Source: a virus | Taxonomy: Duplodnaviria; Caudoviricetes | Length of the DNA: 54,276 nt | IMG/VR virus record: IMGVR_UViG_3300036794_000124 | Span: 1 to 54,276 of that record | Direction: 5' to 3' (one strand) | In this document: one piece after another, positions 16,409-26,078 of the stretch | Position numbering within the stretch: the stretch's first letter is position 1 | Layout: each line of letters begins with the position of its first letter | The notes under the pieces: model-generated | Database searches by the model: none | What the model saw: only the letters and a program-made list of their open reading frames with translations | Told to the model about the DNA's origin: nothing | Translations under genes and position numbers: made by a program

Positions 16409-18453
16409 CCCAGCTCAGCATCCTCGCCCTGCAGAATCTTCCCCTCCTGCGCGAGCTCAATCGGCACGTCCGGCCGGCCACCGTCGCGGCGCTCGCCGAG
16501 GCGGCCGGGCGCGACGTCGCCAACACCCGCAAGTCCCTCGCCAAGCTTGCCGAGGAGGGCTTCGTCGCCATGCCGCTGCTCGTCCTCACCCCGGAGGGCG
16601 TCGAGCAGCTGGCCGCCATCGGCCGGGCCGAGCACGGCCGCGACCACATTCTTCCCAAGGGCTGGGCGCTCGTGGCGCATGGCCACCTCGCGCCATCGCC
16701 GGACAATCCGCGCACGGCCATGGACCCCGCGGAACTGGCCGACCTCGCCTACTCGATCAGTCGCCGGGGCCTGTTGCAGAACCTTGTTGTCTCGCCGCAC
16801 CCGGTCGAGGCCGGCGGCTACGTGATCCGCGCCGGCGCCCGGCGCTGGGCCGCCATCGAAATCCTCATCGCCCGCGGCGACTGGCCGGCCGAGCGGCCGA
16901 TCCTCTGCCAGGTGCGCGAGGGCGAGGGGGCCGACGCCCTGGTCGAAGCCCTGGTCGAGAACCTCCAGCGCGCCGATCTCAACCCCATGGACGAGGCCGA
17001 GGGCTACCTCGCCCTCCACACCGGCGGGATGAGCTTCGCGGCCATCGCCGGCGAGGTCGGCGAGCGGCGCGGCAAGCGCTCCATCGAGCAATACGTCAAG
17101 GTCGCCCGCGAGGCCTCGGCGGCGCAGAAGGCCGCCGTCCGCGACGGCTCGGCCGGGATCAACCAGGTGCTCCGCGATCTCCAGGAGCACAAGCCCGAGA
17201 CCCCGCTCCTCCAGCTCACCGCGCGCCAGGGCCTCGCCCTGGTGGAGATCGCCCATTCCGCGATGCTGGAGCCGCACGCCGTGGGCCTCGAGCCCGGCTA
17301 CGCGCGCCTGTGGACGGCGCCCACCGGCGGCCCGATCGCCAGCCTCGCCGACAAGAAGCTGATCAACCTGCGGGTCGGCCACGACGGCGGGGTGTTCGCC
17401 AAGGTCCTCGCCGCCTCCTCCGAGGCCGGGGCGTGGCTGAAGGCCGCCGGGTTCGAGGCCAACCCCGACATCGCCGTCCACCAGGCGCGGGTGAAGGCGC
17501 TGGGCGAACTGGAGGCGGCGCGCATCCCGGCCCAGGGCGGCGAGGGCCCGCTGCGCTGGGCGACGGACGAACTGAACCGCCCCGAGCACGACGAGGACGA
17601 GCGGCCGGGCGCCATTCAGCTCCCGCCCACCGTCGCCGCCGAGCCGGAACACCCCGACCTCGTCACCGACGCCCGGCTCCTGATGATCGAGATCGGCCAC
17701 AAGCTCTACGACGCCGGCGTCGGCACGCCGTCGGGCTGCGCCGGGGCCCACGTCGGCGCGTTCCGCGACGACCCGCTCGCGAAGCTGCTCATCGTCGAGA
17801 AGCGCCTCCTGATGGTCATCCCCGGCCCCGCCGGCAAGATGGTCGCGGCCCTGACGCCGTCGGGGATCAAGTGGTTCCGGGACGAGGGCTTCGAGGTCGA
17901 CGCCAAGGGCGTCCCCACCGTCGACTACAGCCACGTCGAGGAAGCCCAGGCCGCCGTCGCCCGCGACATCGAGGAGGGCACCTACTACGCCACCCCCTGG
18001 CTGAACGACGCCTCGGCGCCGATCACCCCGGCCGAGCCCGCGCCCATCGCGGCGGCCGATGCTGGGTTCATAACGCCGGCCGAGGCTCGGAAAGCGCTCG
18101 GCTTGAAGCCGCCGGGGGCGGACGGCGAAGCTCCACTCCAAGTCACGGAGGCCGAGCCGGTCATCTACATCGAGGGCGACAAAGAGGCCCAACCGATCGT
18201 CTTCTTCGACCACGCCCCTCCCGCCCCGGCTCCGGAGCCGACCCACGTCTCCGACCTCGGCCGCCAGATCCTCGCCCTCTCGGCCGAGACGCGCGCCCTG
18301 GCCTACGCCGACAAGGCCCTGGCCCACCTCGACGGTCTCCTCGCCGCCCTCGCCTCGCGCAAGCTCACCTCGATCGAACTCACCCAGGGCCGCCGCTACA
18401 TCGAACTCGCCCGCGAAACCCTCGCCCCCCACCTGACGGAGGAAGCGGCGTGA
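16405..18453 (+). CDS. ParB/RepB/Spo0J-family protein with N-terminal wHTH and long C-terminal extension
   Basis: L.PSPDNPR...LADLAYSI..RGLLQNLVV...IRAGARRWAA...ALVENLQRADLNPMDEAEGY then HTH. Confidence 0.88.
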   Translation: MTQLSILALQNLPLLRELNRHVRPATVAALAEAAGRDVANTRKSLAKLAEEGFVAMPLLVLTPEGVEQLAAIGRAEHGRDHILPKGWALVAHGHLAPSPDNPRTAMDPAELADLAYSISRRGLLQNLVVSPHPVEAGGYVIRAGARRWAAIEILIARGDWPAERPILCQVREGEGADALVEALVENLQRADLNPMDEAEGYLALHTGGMSFAAIAGEVGERRGKRSIEQYVKVAREASAAQKAAVRDGSAGINQVLRDLQEHKPETPLLQLTARQGLALVEIAHSAMLEPHAVGLEPGYARLWTAPTGGPIASLADKKLINLRVGHDGGVFAKVLAASSEAGAWLKAAGFEANPDIAVHQARVKALGELEAARIPAQGGEGPLRWATDELNRPEHDEDERPGAIQLPPTVAAEPEHPDLVTDARLLMIEIGHKLYDAGVGTPSGCAGAHVGAFRDDPLAKLLIVEKRLLMVIPGPAGKMVAALTPSGIKWFRDEGFEVDAKGVPTVDYSHVEEAQAAVARDIEEGTYYATPWLNDASAPITPAEPAPIAAADAGFITPAEARKALGLKPPGADGEAPLQVTEAEPVIYIEGDKEAQPIVFFDHAPPAPAPEPTHVSDLGRQILALSAETRALAYADKALAHLDGLLAALASRKLTSIELTQGRRYIELARETLAPHLTEEAA

Positions 18454-18602
18454 GACAGCAGCCGTTGCGGCCGAAGATCGACGGCATCACCCAGCCGACG
18501 ATCTGGCGCTGCCCCGTCTGCCGCCGCCCCTGCCGCTCCCGCTACGAACTCAAGGTCCACGCCTGCGCCGAGCGCGCCGCCGAGGCGAGGGGCATCGACT
18601 GA
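18450..18602 (+). CDS. Small zinc-finger-like protein
   Basis: WRCPVCRRPCRSRYELKVHAC; GTGA coupled. Confidence 0.5.
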   Translation: MRQQPLRPKIDGITQPTIWRCPVCRRPCRSRYELKVHACAERAAEARGID

Positions 18603-18757
18603 TGGCCGACGACCAGACGATCCCCGACGACTGGGCCGACGGCCGCCGCCGCGCGACAGAGGTCTATCGGCGCTACTGGCGCCAAGCCGTCGGGTTGCCG
18701 GCCCTGGCCAGCGCGCGGACTGAACCTCTCACCGAACCCGACGACCTGGACGACTAG
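18602..18757 (+). CDS. Hypothetical protein
   Basis: TGATG overlap, 51 aa. Confidence 0.4.
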   Translation: MADDQTIPDDWADGRRRATEVYRRYWRQAVGLPALASARTEPLTEPDDLDD

Positions 18758-18776
18758 CAAAGAGGGAAAGCCTTCC

Positions 18777-19534
<758 letters not shown>

Positions 19535-19538
<4 letters not shown>

Positions 19539-19735
19539 TGCGCGACGTCGCCTTCACCCTGACGCCCGCCCTGACGCCGCCCGAGCCGCCATTCGGCCAC
19601 GCTCCACTGCCCAGGCCGCCCTGGATATGGATCGTCAGCGACGGGCTCGGCCGGGAGGTGGCCACCGCGCCCACCCGCGCCGGCGCCAGGGCGGCCGTCC
19701 GGGCGCTCTATTCTCGCCTCCAGATCGCGGCCTGA
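19535..19735 (+). CDS. Hypothetical protein
   Basis: GTGA-coupled ORF. Confidence 0.45.
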
Positions 19736-19738
19736 GCC

Positions 19739-19876
19739 ATGTCGGCGCGGGCCGCCAGTACCGAACGCGACCGCCCCGCGCCCTCGCCGGCGATCCTGGC
19801 CCTCGCGCGGGGCCTTGCGCGAAAGCTCGAGGCGGAGTTGAACCGTCAGACCGCACGAACGGAGACCCGGGAATGA
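19739..19876 (+). CDS. 45-aa helical protein, possible recombination directionality factor
   Basis: AILALARGLARKLEAE amphipathic helix; ATGA coupled to the next gene; function is inference. Confidence 0.35.
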   Translation: MSARAASTERDRPAPSPAILALARGLARKLEAELNRQTARTETRE

Positions 19877-20121
19877 GTGATGGCACATACGAAGTGTGGA
19901 GACCGGAGGACGTTCCCGGCGGCATCGGCGACGGCACAATCGAGATCAAGGGCCTGCCCATGCCGCGCGGGGCGCGCGCGCTCTTCGGGAAATATGCGCC
20001 GGGCATGAAGCTCGTTGGCATCGCTCTGTGGGACACGAGGTTCGATCTCACCTTTGAGGCCGGCGACCTCGTCAAGACCGTGACTTTCACCGCCACAGAG
20101 CGGACCGGGGCACGGCGATGA
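19873..20121 (+). CDS. Hypothetical protein
   Basis: GGAG RBS, ATGA coupling. Confidence 0.5.
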   Translation: MSDGTYEVWRPEDVPGGIGDGTIEIKGLPMPRGARALFGKYAPGMKLVGIALWDTRFDLTFEAGDLVKTVTFTATERTGARR

Positions 20122-20315
20122 CCGTCGGAGAACTGATCGAACGCCTGACCGCCTTTCCCCGCGACCGAGAGGTGTTCGCCTTCGCGCCCGCCCCGCTGCG
20201 CATCCATGCTGAGGCCGTCGACGTGATCGAACTCGGCTCCCACCCGTTCTTCGGCCCTCGCTACTCGCCCTCGGGTGCCACGTCGCCCGGCCTCGTGATC
20301 GAGCCGCAATCATGA
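20118..20315 (+). CDS. Hypothetical protein (MTVxELIExL type)
   Basis: N-terminus common among small phage proteins; coupled. Confidence 0.6.
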   Translation: MTVGELIERLTAFPRDREVFAFAPAPLRIHAEAVDVIELGSHPFFGPRYSPSGATSPGLVIEPQS

Positions 20316-20617
20316 GCGACACGACGGCAGACAAGGACACCGAACTGGCGCTCGCTACGGCCGATCTCGACATTCTCGGCATCGGGTTCCTAATCGACGG
20401 CCGTCGCATCGATCCCACCCGCGTCTCGGTCCTTACAGCCGGGCGCATGGTCCGACTTTCCAAGCCAGAGGCGGAGGTGATCATGGACGCCTTTACGACC
20501 GCCGAAAGCGAAGGCTGGCACATGCACGGCCGATTTGAGAAGGCCGTCATTCTCTCGGCAATTAAGAAGATCAGCGTCGCGGCTGAAGAAGACTTCGACC
20601 CCGCCCTCTGGCTCTAA
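20312..20617 (+). CDS. Hypothetical protein
   Basis: ATGA-coupled ORF. Confidence 0.55.
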   Translation: MSDTTADKDTELALATADLDILGIGFLIDGRRIDPTRVSVLTAGRMVRLSKPEAEVIMDAFTTAESEGWHMHGRFEKAVILSAIKKISVAAEEDFDPALWL

Positions 20618-20627
20618 GGAACCGCCG

Positions 20628-22280
20628 ATGATGCGCGCCGCGCTCTACGGGCGGTTCAGTTCCGACCTGCAGAATCCGGGCTCGATCGCCGACCAGGCGC
20701 GGGTGTGCCGGGCTCACGCGGCCAGGATCGGGGCGAGCGTGGTGGCCGAATACTCCGACGCGGCGATCAGCGGGGCGGCGGCGGTCAATCGGCCCGGGCT
20801 CCAGCAGCTCCTGGCCGACGCGGCGGCGGGGGGCTTCGACGTGGTGATCGCCGAGGCGCTCGATCGCCTGTCGCGATCGCTGGCGGACATGGCGGCGATC
20901 CATGACGACCTGGTCGCCGCCGGCGTGGCCATCTCCACCGTCGCCGAGGCCGACGTCGGCCTCCTCCACATCGGCCTGAAGGGAACGATGAACGCCCTCT
21001 TCCTCGAGGAGCTCGGGCGCAAGACGCGGCGGGGCATCGAGGGGGCGCTGATGGCCGGCCGCCTTCCCGGGCAGCCGCCCTACGGCTATGCCGCCGATCC
21101 TGGCGTCGTCGACGGGGCGGTGGTCAAGGGCCGCTGGCGGACCGTCCCGGCCGAGGCCGCGATCGTGCGGCGCATCTTCGCCGACTACCTCGCCGGCGCG
21201 AGCCCCGGCCAGATCGCCGCCGCCCTCAACGCGCAGGGCGTCCCCTCGCCGCGCGGCACCCTTTGGGCCGCCCAGACCATCCGCGGCTGCCCCGCGCGGG
21301 CCACCGGAATCCTCAACACCGCCGCCTATAACGGCGAGATCGTCTGGGGGCGGACCGTCGGCGCGAAGGATCGGCGCTCAGGGACCGTCCGTAGCCGGAT
21401 CGCCGATCCGGCCAGGATGCGCCGTGTGCCGCGCGAAGACCTGCGGCTCGTCGACGCCGCGACCTGGGCCGCCGTCAAGGCCCGCCAGGACGTCCTCGCC
21501 CACGGCCGGCCCGAGGCGGCGCGGACGCCCCGCCATCTCCTGCAAGGCCTCCTCCGCTGCGCCGGCTGCGGCCGGCCGATGCGGGCCACGGGCCTTCGCC
21601 AGGATCACGGCAAGCGCGCCCGGCGCTTCGTCTGCGCCACCAAGTGGAGCCGGGGCGAGGCGGCCTGCCCCAACCGGCGCACCGCGCTGGCCATCGGCGT
21701 CGAGACCCGGGTCCTCGCCGCCGTCGCCGGCGAGCTGACGCACCCGGCCGCCGTCGAGGCCTTCGTGCGCGAGTTTCACGCCGCCGCCGCCGAGCGGGCC
21801 CGCGGCGGCGGCCGCGAGCGGGCCGAGGCGGCGAAGGAACTGGCCGAGGTCGAACGCCGCGCCGGCCGCCTCGTCGACCAGGTCGCCGAGGGCGCGATCG
21901 CCGGCCGGGCCGTCGCCGAGCGCCTGGCGGGCCTGGAGGCGCGACGCGCGGCCCTGGAGGCGCGCCTGGACGCCCTCGCCGCCCCCGCGCCCATCACCCT
22001 GCACCCGGACGCCCCGCGCCGCTTCGCGCAGGCCGTGGCCGCCCTCCAGACGACCCTGGCGCGCGGCGACACCCGCGAGGACATCGCCGCGCGAGCCCTG
22101 CTGCGCGAGGTCGTCCGCACCGTCTGGTTTCACCCCGGCGAGGCGAAGGGCGAATATCACCTCGTCGTCGAAAGCGACCTCGCCCCCCTGCTCGACGAGC
22201 GACCCACGCCGACGGCAAAGGCCAGTTCAGGCCTCATCCGTTCGCATAGGCCCGAAATCCTGGTGAGGCTGGCCGGATGA
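20628..22280 (+). CDS. Large serine recombinase (integrase)
   Basis: MRAALYGRFSSDLQ (catalytic Ser), DAAISG, RPGL, DRLSR, PYGY, zinc ribbon LLQGLLRCAGCG...C...C, coiled coil; AAGGA RBS. Confidence 0.93.
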   Translation: MMRAALYGRFSSDLQNPGSIADQARVCRAHAARIGASVVAEYSDAAISGAAAVNRPGLQQLLADAAAGGFDVVIAEALDRLSRSLADMAAIHDDLVAAGVAISTVAEADVGLLHIGLKGTMNALFLEELGRKTRRGIEGALMAGRLPGQPPYGYAADPGVVDGAVVKGRWRTVPAEAAIVRRIFADYLAGASPGQIAAALNAQGVPSPRGTLWAAQTIRGCPARATGILNTAAYNGEIVWGRTVGAKDRRSGTVRSRIADPARMRRVPREDLRLVDAATWAAVKARQDVLAHGRPEAARTPRHLLQGLLRCAGCGRPMRATGLRQDHGKRARRFVCATKWSRGEAACPNRRTALAIGVETRVLAAVAGELTHPAAVEAFVREFHAAAAERARGGGRERAEAAKELAEVERRAGRLVDQVAEGAIAGRAVAERLAGLEARRAALEARLDALAAPAPITLHPDAPRRFAQAVAALQTTLARGDTREDIAARALLREVVRTVWFHPGEAKGEYHLVVESDLAPLLDERPTPTAKASSGLIRSHRPEILVRLAG

Positions 22281-22468
22281 TCCGCCCGCGCCGCTCCCTC
22301 GTCCTGCCGATCGCGACGCTGATCCTGGCGGCGCTGGCGGTGAGCCTGTGTCACCGGCCAGCGGCGGTGGGCTACGCCCGGGCGATCAGCGAGGGGCAGC
22401 GCGCGGCGGCGCAGGCTATCGCCGACGACGCGGCGAATCGCGACGACGGCCACGGGGCTAATCCCTGA
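22277..22468 (+). CDS. Small membrane/secreted protein
   Basis: Hydrophobic N-terminus; ATGA overlap with integrase. Confidence 0.45.
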   Translation: MIRPRRSLVLPIATLILAALAVSLCHRPAAVGYARAISEGQRAAAQAIADDAANRDDGHGANP

Positions 22469-22531
22469 GCGCCGGTGGCCCCGGCCGCGCCGGCGTGCTA
22501 GGCCACGGCGTCTGACGAGGGGGAAATCGCC

Positions 22532-22765
22532 ATGGCCGGCATGCTTCAGATCCTGACCTATCTGCTCGCCTTCTACCTGGTGGTGAAGGGGGTGGAGATT
22601 CTGCAGATCGGCCTGGCGTCGAACCGCGAGAACCGCAGCGGCGTCATCGCGATCGGCGTCGTCATGGTCTTCGCCTGCGTCGTCGCCGCCGGCGGCTTCT
22701 GCCTGATGCAGGACGCCCAGGCCCGGACCGTCCAGTCCGCGGTCAGCCATCCGTTCGGAACCTGA
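22532..22765 (+). CDS. Small two-TM membrane protein
   Basis: GAGGGG RBS; two hydrophobic helices. Confidence 0.65.
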   Translation: MAGMLQILTYLLAFYLVVKGVEILQIGLASNRENRSGVIAIGVVMVFACVVAAGGFCLMQDAQARTVQSAVSHPFGT

Positions 22766-22991
22766 TCCCCTCGCGCCCGGCCAACCCCGCGATGTTCGCC
22801 CGGCGTTTCTAGCCGGATGGTCCGCCGACGTCGCCGCTGCCGCCGGCGGACGACTGGTGGACCCTCCCGAGCGTCAACGGCCTGCGCTCGCCGGCGATCG
22901 TCGCCTTCCGCCGCCACGATCGCTGCTGGGAAGTCGGCTGGAACGGCTGCTGGGTGAAGGTCGCCGGCGCGGTGCTCAAGCCCTGAAAACG

Positions 22992-23023
22992 AAAAAAGGC
23001 CCCCGGCATCGCTGCCGAGGGCC
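22992..23023 (-). terminator. Rho-independent terminator closing the late operon
   Basis: Minus strand GGCCCTCGGCA-GCGA-TGCCGGGGGCC followed by TTTTTT. Confidence 0.8.
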
Positions 23024-23064
23024 AGGTGGGGGATGGCTCTGCAGCCACTCCCTGGGAGGGAGGC

Positions 23065-23274
23065 TCAGCAGCGGGCGTGGAAGCCCGCGTTGAACGCCGG
23101 TAGCGCATAGGCCGCCCAGACGATCAAGCCGATCAGCGCGATGAGGGCGCAGATCAGATTGGCGAAGGGGGGCGGAATAGGAGCCGGCGAGAGCATGCAC
23201 ACGATGTAGATCGCGGCCGCGACGATGATCAGGATGATCACGGCGAGGATGAGAAGTCCGGCAAGAGCGGACAT
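23065..23274 (-). CDS. Small two-TM membrane protein
   Basis: AAGGAGGA RBS; two TM helices around a PIPPP linker. Confidence 0.7.
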   Translation of the reverse strand: MSALAGLLILAVIILIIVAAAIYIVCMLSPAPIPPPFANLICALIALIGLIVWAAYALPAFNAGFHARC

Positions 23275-23305
23275 GGCGGTCCTCCTTTGAGCCCCCCGGC
23301 TGAAG

Positions 23306-23680
23306 TCAGGGCGCGCGCTTGCGGCGGCCGAGGCGCTTCCACCACGGCGGCGGATCGAGGGCGGCGGCCACGGCGGCCTGGCGCGTCTGGCAGGTCGCGG
23401 CCAGGTCGATCAGGTCGCCGACCCGGCCGTTGGCCCGGTCGAGGGCGCCGATCGCGGCGTCATACCGGGTGGCCAGGGCCCCGGCCGTCTCAGTCGGGGC
23501 CAGGAGGCCCGCGCCCGGCACCGGCGTCCGGAAGCTCGGCGGGATGAGTTTCGAGCAGTCCAGCGCAGCCAGGATCGGCGGCGAAAGCCTGGTAACGGCA
23601 CAGCCCGCGATTAACGGCGCCGACAAGGCCAGGATCGAGAGGCCGGTCCGCGCCCGGCGCGGAAGCGATGGCTTGGGCAT
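23306..23680 (-). CDS. o-spanin (Rz1-like lipoprotein)
   Basis: Lipobox LIAG-C, Pro-rich, overlaps i-spanin in another frame. Confidence 0.75.
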   Translation of the reverse strand: MPKPSLPRRARTGLSILALSAPLIAGCAVTRLSPPILAALDCSKLIPPSFRTPVPGAGLLAPTETAGALATRYDAAIGALDRANGRVGDLIDLAATCQTRQAAVAAALDPPPWWKRLGRRKRAP

Positions 23681-23912
23681 TGGATTGATGCACCTGGATG
23701 TCGAGATGGTCGTGGGCCTCGCCGGCGACGATGATCCGCTGCGCGGCCGTCTCGGCCTGGGCCTGGCCGGCCGCGACGCTCGCCGTCCCGGCCTGGATCT
23801 GGGCCCTCGCCAGGGCCTTCTTGGCCCCGACCTGGTTAAGGACGAACCACAGCAGGCCGCCGAGCACCGCCAGGGCGACGACGCTCCCCAGGATGCTGGC
23901 GACCCACTTCAT
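23490..23912 (-). CDS. i-spanin (Rz-like)
   Basis: N-terminal TM, Ala-rich helix, C-terminal Cys pair; AAGG leader. Confidence 0.75.
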   Translation of the reverse strand: MKWVASILGSVVALAVLGGLLWFVLNQVGAKKALARAQIQAGTASVAAGQAQAETAAQRIIVAGEAHDHLDIQVHQSNAQAIASAPGADRPLDPGLVGAVNRGLCRYQAFAADPGCAGLLETHPAELPDAGAGRGPPGPD

Positions 23913-23916
23913 GGCG

Positions 23917-24255
23917 TCAGCCGCCTTCGGGCGTGGGGGCCTTGATCAGGCCGCCGCTGATGTTGGCCAGCTCGGCCTCGAGGACGGTCTCCAGGCGCTG
24001 GAGCAGGCCGGGCACGTAGGCGCTAGCGATCTGCCCCGCCTCCGGGTTGACCTTGGTGGCCGCCTCGACGAGCAGGTCGCCGACCATGGAGCCGACGGCG
24101 GTGATCGCCAGATCGGGCGCCGCGGGGATGGCGGCCGTGGCCGCGCCGACGGCGGTGGCGATAGTCGTCGGGTTGGGATCCTTCTCGGCCGCCTCGATGG
24201 CGTCGAGAACGCCGCCGAGATTGGCCTTGCGAAGGAAGACGGTAAGCCAGGACAT
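23917..24255 (-). CDS. Hypothetical protein in lysis cassette
   Basis: AAGGAG RBS; Ala-rich. Confidence 0.65.
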   Translation of the reverse strand: MSWLTVFLRKANLGGVLDAIEAAEKDPNPTTIATAVGAATAAIPAAPDLAITAVGSMVGDLLVEAATKVNPEAGQIASAYVPGLLQRLETVLEAELANISGGLIKAPTPEGG

Positions 24256-24260
24256 GTCGG

Positions 24261-24512
24261 TTACTCCTTTGTGGGCGGCTGGGGGTTTTGGGGGGCGTCC
24301 GGCTGCACAGCCGCGATCGGGCCGGTCGAGTTGGTGACGGCGAGCTTGGCGGCGCCGGTCACGGTGACCGCGCCGGCCAAGGCGCCGAGAATGAAGTTGA
24401 GGGGCCCGGCGTTCACGGCCGGGATCGGCACGAACATCATCGCGCCGGCGAGCAGGCCCAGGATGACCATGGCCGCGCCGGAGAGGACCGTCTGAGCGGT
24501 GGGGGTGTTCAT
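24261..24512 (-). CDS. Two-TM holin-like protein
   Basis: VILGLLAGAMMFVPIPAVN...FILGALAG; between endolysin and spanins. Confidence 0.6.
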   Translation of the reverse strand: MNTPTAQTVLSGAAMVILGLLAGAMMFVPIPAVNAGPLNFILGALAGAVTVTGAAKLAVTNSTGPIAAVQPDAPQNPQPPTKE

Positions 24513-24646
24513 TCGTCGTCTCCGTCGGGTCTGAAGGTCTGCGGCCAGAGGCGGGACGCGGCGTAGGCGGCCGCCAGGCTCACGGCGACGCAAAAGCCGG
24601 CCCAGGCCGCAATGGCGATGAAGTCGGCGAAGGTCAGGGCGCTCAT
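24509..24646 (-). CDS. 45-aa single-TM protein
   Basis: ATGA coupled on both sides; hydrophobic. Confidence 0.45.
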   Translation of the reverse strand: MSALTFADFIAIAAWAGFCVAVSLAAAYAASRLWPQTFRPDGDDE

Positions 24647-24759
24647 TCGCCCAGCGCCCATTTGCGGTAGACGTAGATCGCGAAGGCCACGGCCACCGCC
24701 ATGCCGACGCCCAAGGCCGCAAGGGCGTAGACGGCGATCTCGCCGAGGAGCCTGAGCAC
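24643..24759 (-). CDS. 38-aa single-TM protein
   Basis: GTG 2 nt after endolysin stop; IAVYALAALGVGMAVAVAFAIYVY then RK. Confidence 0.45.
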   Translation of the reverse strand: MLRLLGEIAVYALAALGVGMAVAVAFAIYVYRKWALGE

Positions 24760-24761
24760 GG

Positions 24762-25229
24762 TCAGGCGCGATAGAAGGTGTGGTTCCAGATGGTCGCCAC
24801 GCGGGCCCCGGGCGTCGCCCAGGCCGGCCGGCTGACCTCCGTGTTGCAGTAGAGCAGCGCGCGCGGTTCGGCCGCCAGCAGGCGTCCCTCGGGCCCCCAG
24901 GCGAAGGGCGAGCCCAGCCGGCCGGCGCGGACGGCCCGCTCGCAGTCCGGCCACGCCGCCGAGGCCTTGGCCAGCGGCAGGAGGGCCTCGGCCTGGGCCT
25001 GCGCCTCGGCGAGGGCGTGGGAGACGCGGACGTATTGCCCGCCCTCCATCTTGAACCAGAAGGCGCTGAACTGGTCGTAGCGGAGCACCGTCCCGGCCAC
25101 CGTGCCGTCGCTGAAGTAGAGCGCGGCCATGCGGTTGTAGATCACCCGGGCCACGGCGGCCTTGCCCTCGAAGGGCTCCCCGCGGGCCTCGGTCCACACG
25201 GTCAGGGCGAAGAGATCGGCGTCGGTCAT
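24762..25229 (-). CDS. Endolysin, SleB/Hydrolase_2 cell wall hydrolase
   Basis: LA.TVW.EARGE..EGKAAVA.VI.NR...QFS...PAW...I.NHTFY. Confidence 0.9.
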   Translation of the reverse strand: MTDADLFALTVWTEARGEPFEGKAAVARVIYNRMAALYFSDGTVAGTVLRYDQFSAFWFKMEGGQYVRVSHALAEAQAQAEALLPLAKASAAWPDCERAVRAGRLGSPFAWGPEGRLLAAEPRALLYCNTEVSRPAWATPGARVATIWNHTFYRA

Positions 25230-25972
25230 GCGGGTGTCCCTTTGGGTTTGGCTTTCGGCTTGGCGCGGTGCGGGCGGCGGCGTTGCGGCTGGGGCGGAGG
25301 CGGCGCTACGGCGGTGGCCGGGGCGGCGGCGGGGTCGACGCTGGCGGTGCCGATCCACATCAGCACCGTGTCGTCATCGCCGACCGGGGTGGCCATCAGG
25401 GTCACGGCCTCGTGGATCAGGCCGCCCTTGGTCTGGCACCGGCAGGTCACCTTGAAGCGGTGGCCGTGCTCGAGGGCTTCCTTCCACGCCTCGAGCACCC
25501 AGGTGCGGTCGCGGTGATGGATGACGACCAGCCAGCCCCAGCCGGCCAGCTCGGCGGTAGTGTAGCCGGTGAGCGCGGCCAGGCCGCTGTTGGCCCACAC
25601 CTGCTTGCCGTCGACATCGCTCTCCCAGGCCAGGATGCTGGCCCGCTCCAGCAGCACCTCCACCAGGCCCACGACGCGCCAGTGGGTGCGCGCCATCCGG
25701 GCCTGGATGGAGCCCTGGGCGGCCTGGCCGAGCGTCAGCTTGTCGACCTTGTCGATCAGGCTTTCGCCGCCGTCGGGCCGCAGCTGGCGCAGCATCTCGG
25801 CGACCTGCGCCTCGATCCGTTTGGAGCGCTGCTCGTTGCGATAAAAGGGCGAGAGGCCGCACAGGGCCCGCCAGGCGCGCGCGAGCCCGGCGCGCGCCGC
25901 CCACACCCCGCCCATGAAGGTGCCGAGCGCCCCCAGCGCCCCCACCGCGACCGGCCAGTCGACGAGCTTCAT
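25226..25972 (-). CDS. Membrane-anchored PAS-domain protein in holin position
   Basis: N-terminal TM; LRPDGGESLIDKVD motif; PAS signature WESDVDG..VWAN...LTGY...EL.GWGW..VIH.RD...W..A; ATGA overlap with endolysin; GGAGGG RBS. Confidence 0.8.
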   Translation of the reverse strand: MKLVDWPVAVGALGALGTFMGGVWAARAGLARAWRALCGLSPFYRNEQRSKRIEAQVAEMLRQLRPDGGESLIDKVDKLTLGQAAQGSIQARMARTHWRVVGLVEVLLERASILAWESDVDGKQVWANSGLAALTGYTTAELAGWGWLVVIHHRDRTWVLEAWKEALEHGHRFKVTCRCQTKGGLIHEAVTLMATPVGDDDTVLMWIGTASVDPAAAPATAVAPPPPQPQRRRPHRAKPKAKPKGTPA

Positions 25973-25998
25973 CGGCCCTCCGATCGGGGGGAAGTGGA

Positions 25999-26013
25999 GC
26001 GAACGGCGTTCGC
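25999..26013. repeat. Dispersed palindrome GCGAACG-G-CGTTCGC
   Basis: Perfect copy, intergenic, just upstream of the lysis cassette. Confidence 0.9.
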
Positions 26014-26078
26014 GTCAGGGGATGACGGAGGGCGAGGCCAGCGGCCAGGGCCCGACCACTCGGCCGGGACGGCTCAAA

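Noticed and set aside
22200-23060. attP site or tRNA near the integrase
   Set aside because: attP probably lies near here, but no convincing core, inverted repeat or tRNA cloverleaf could be identified by eye
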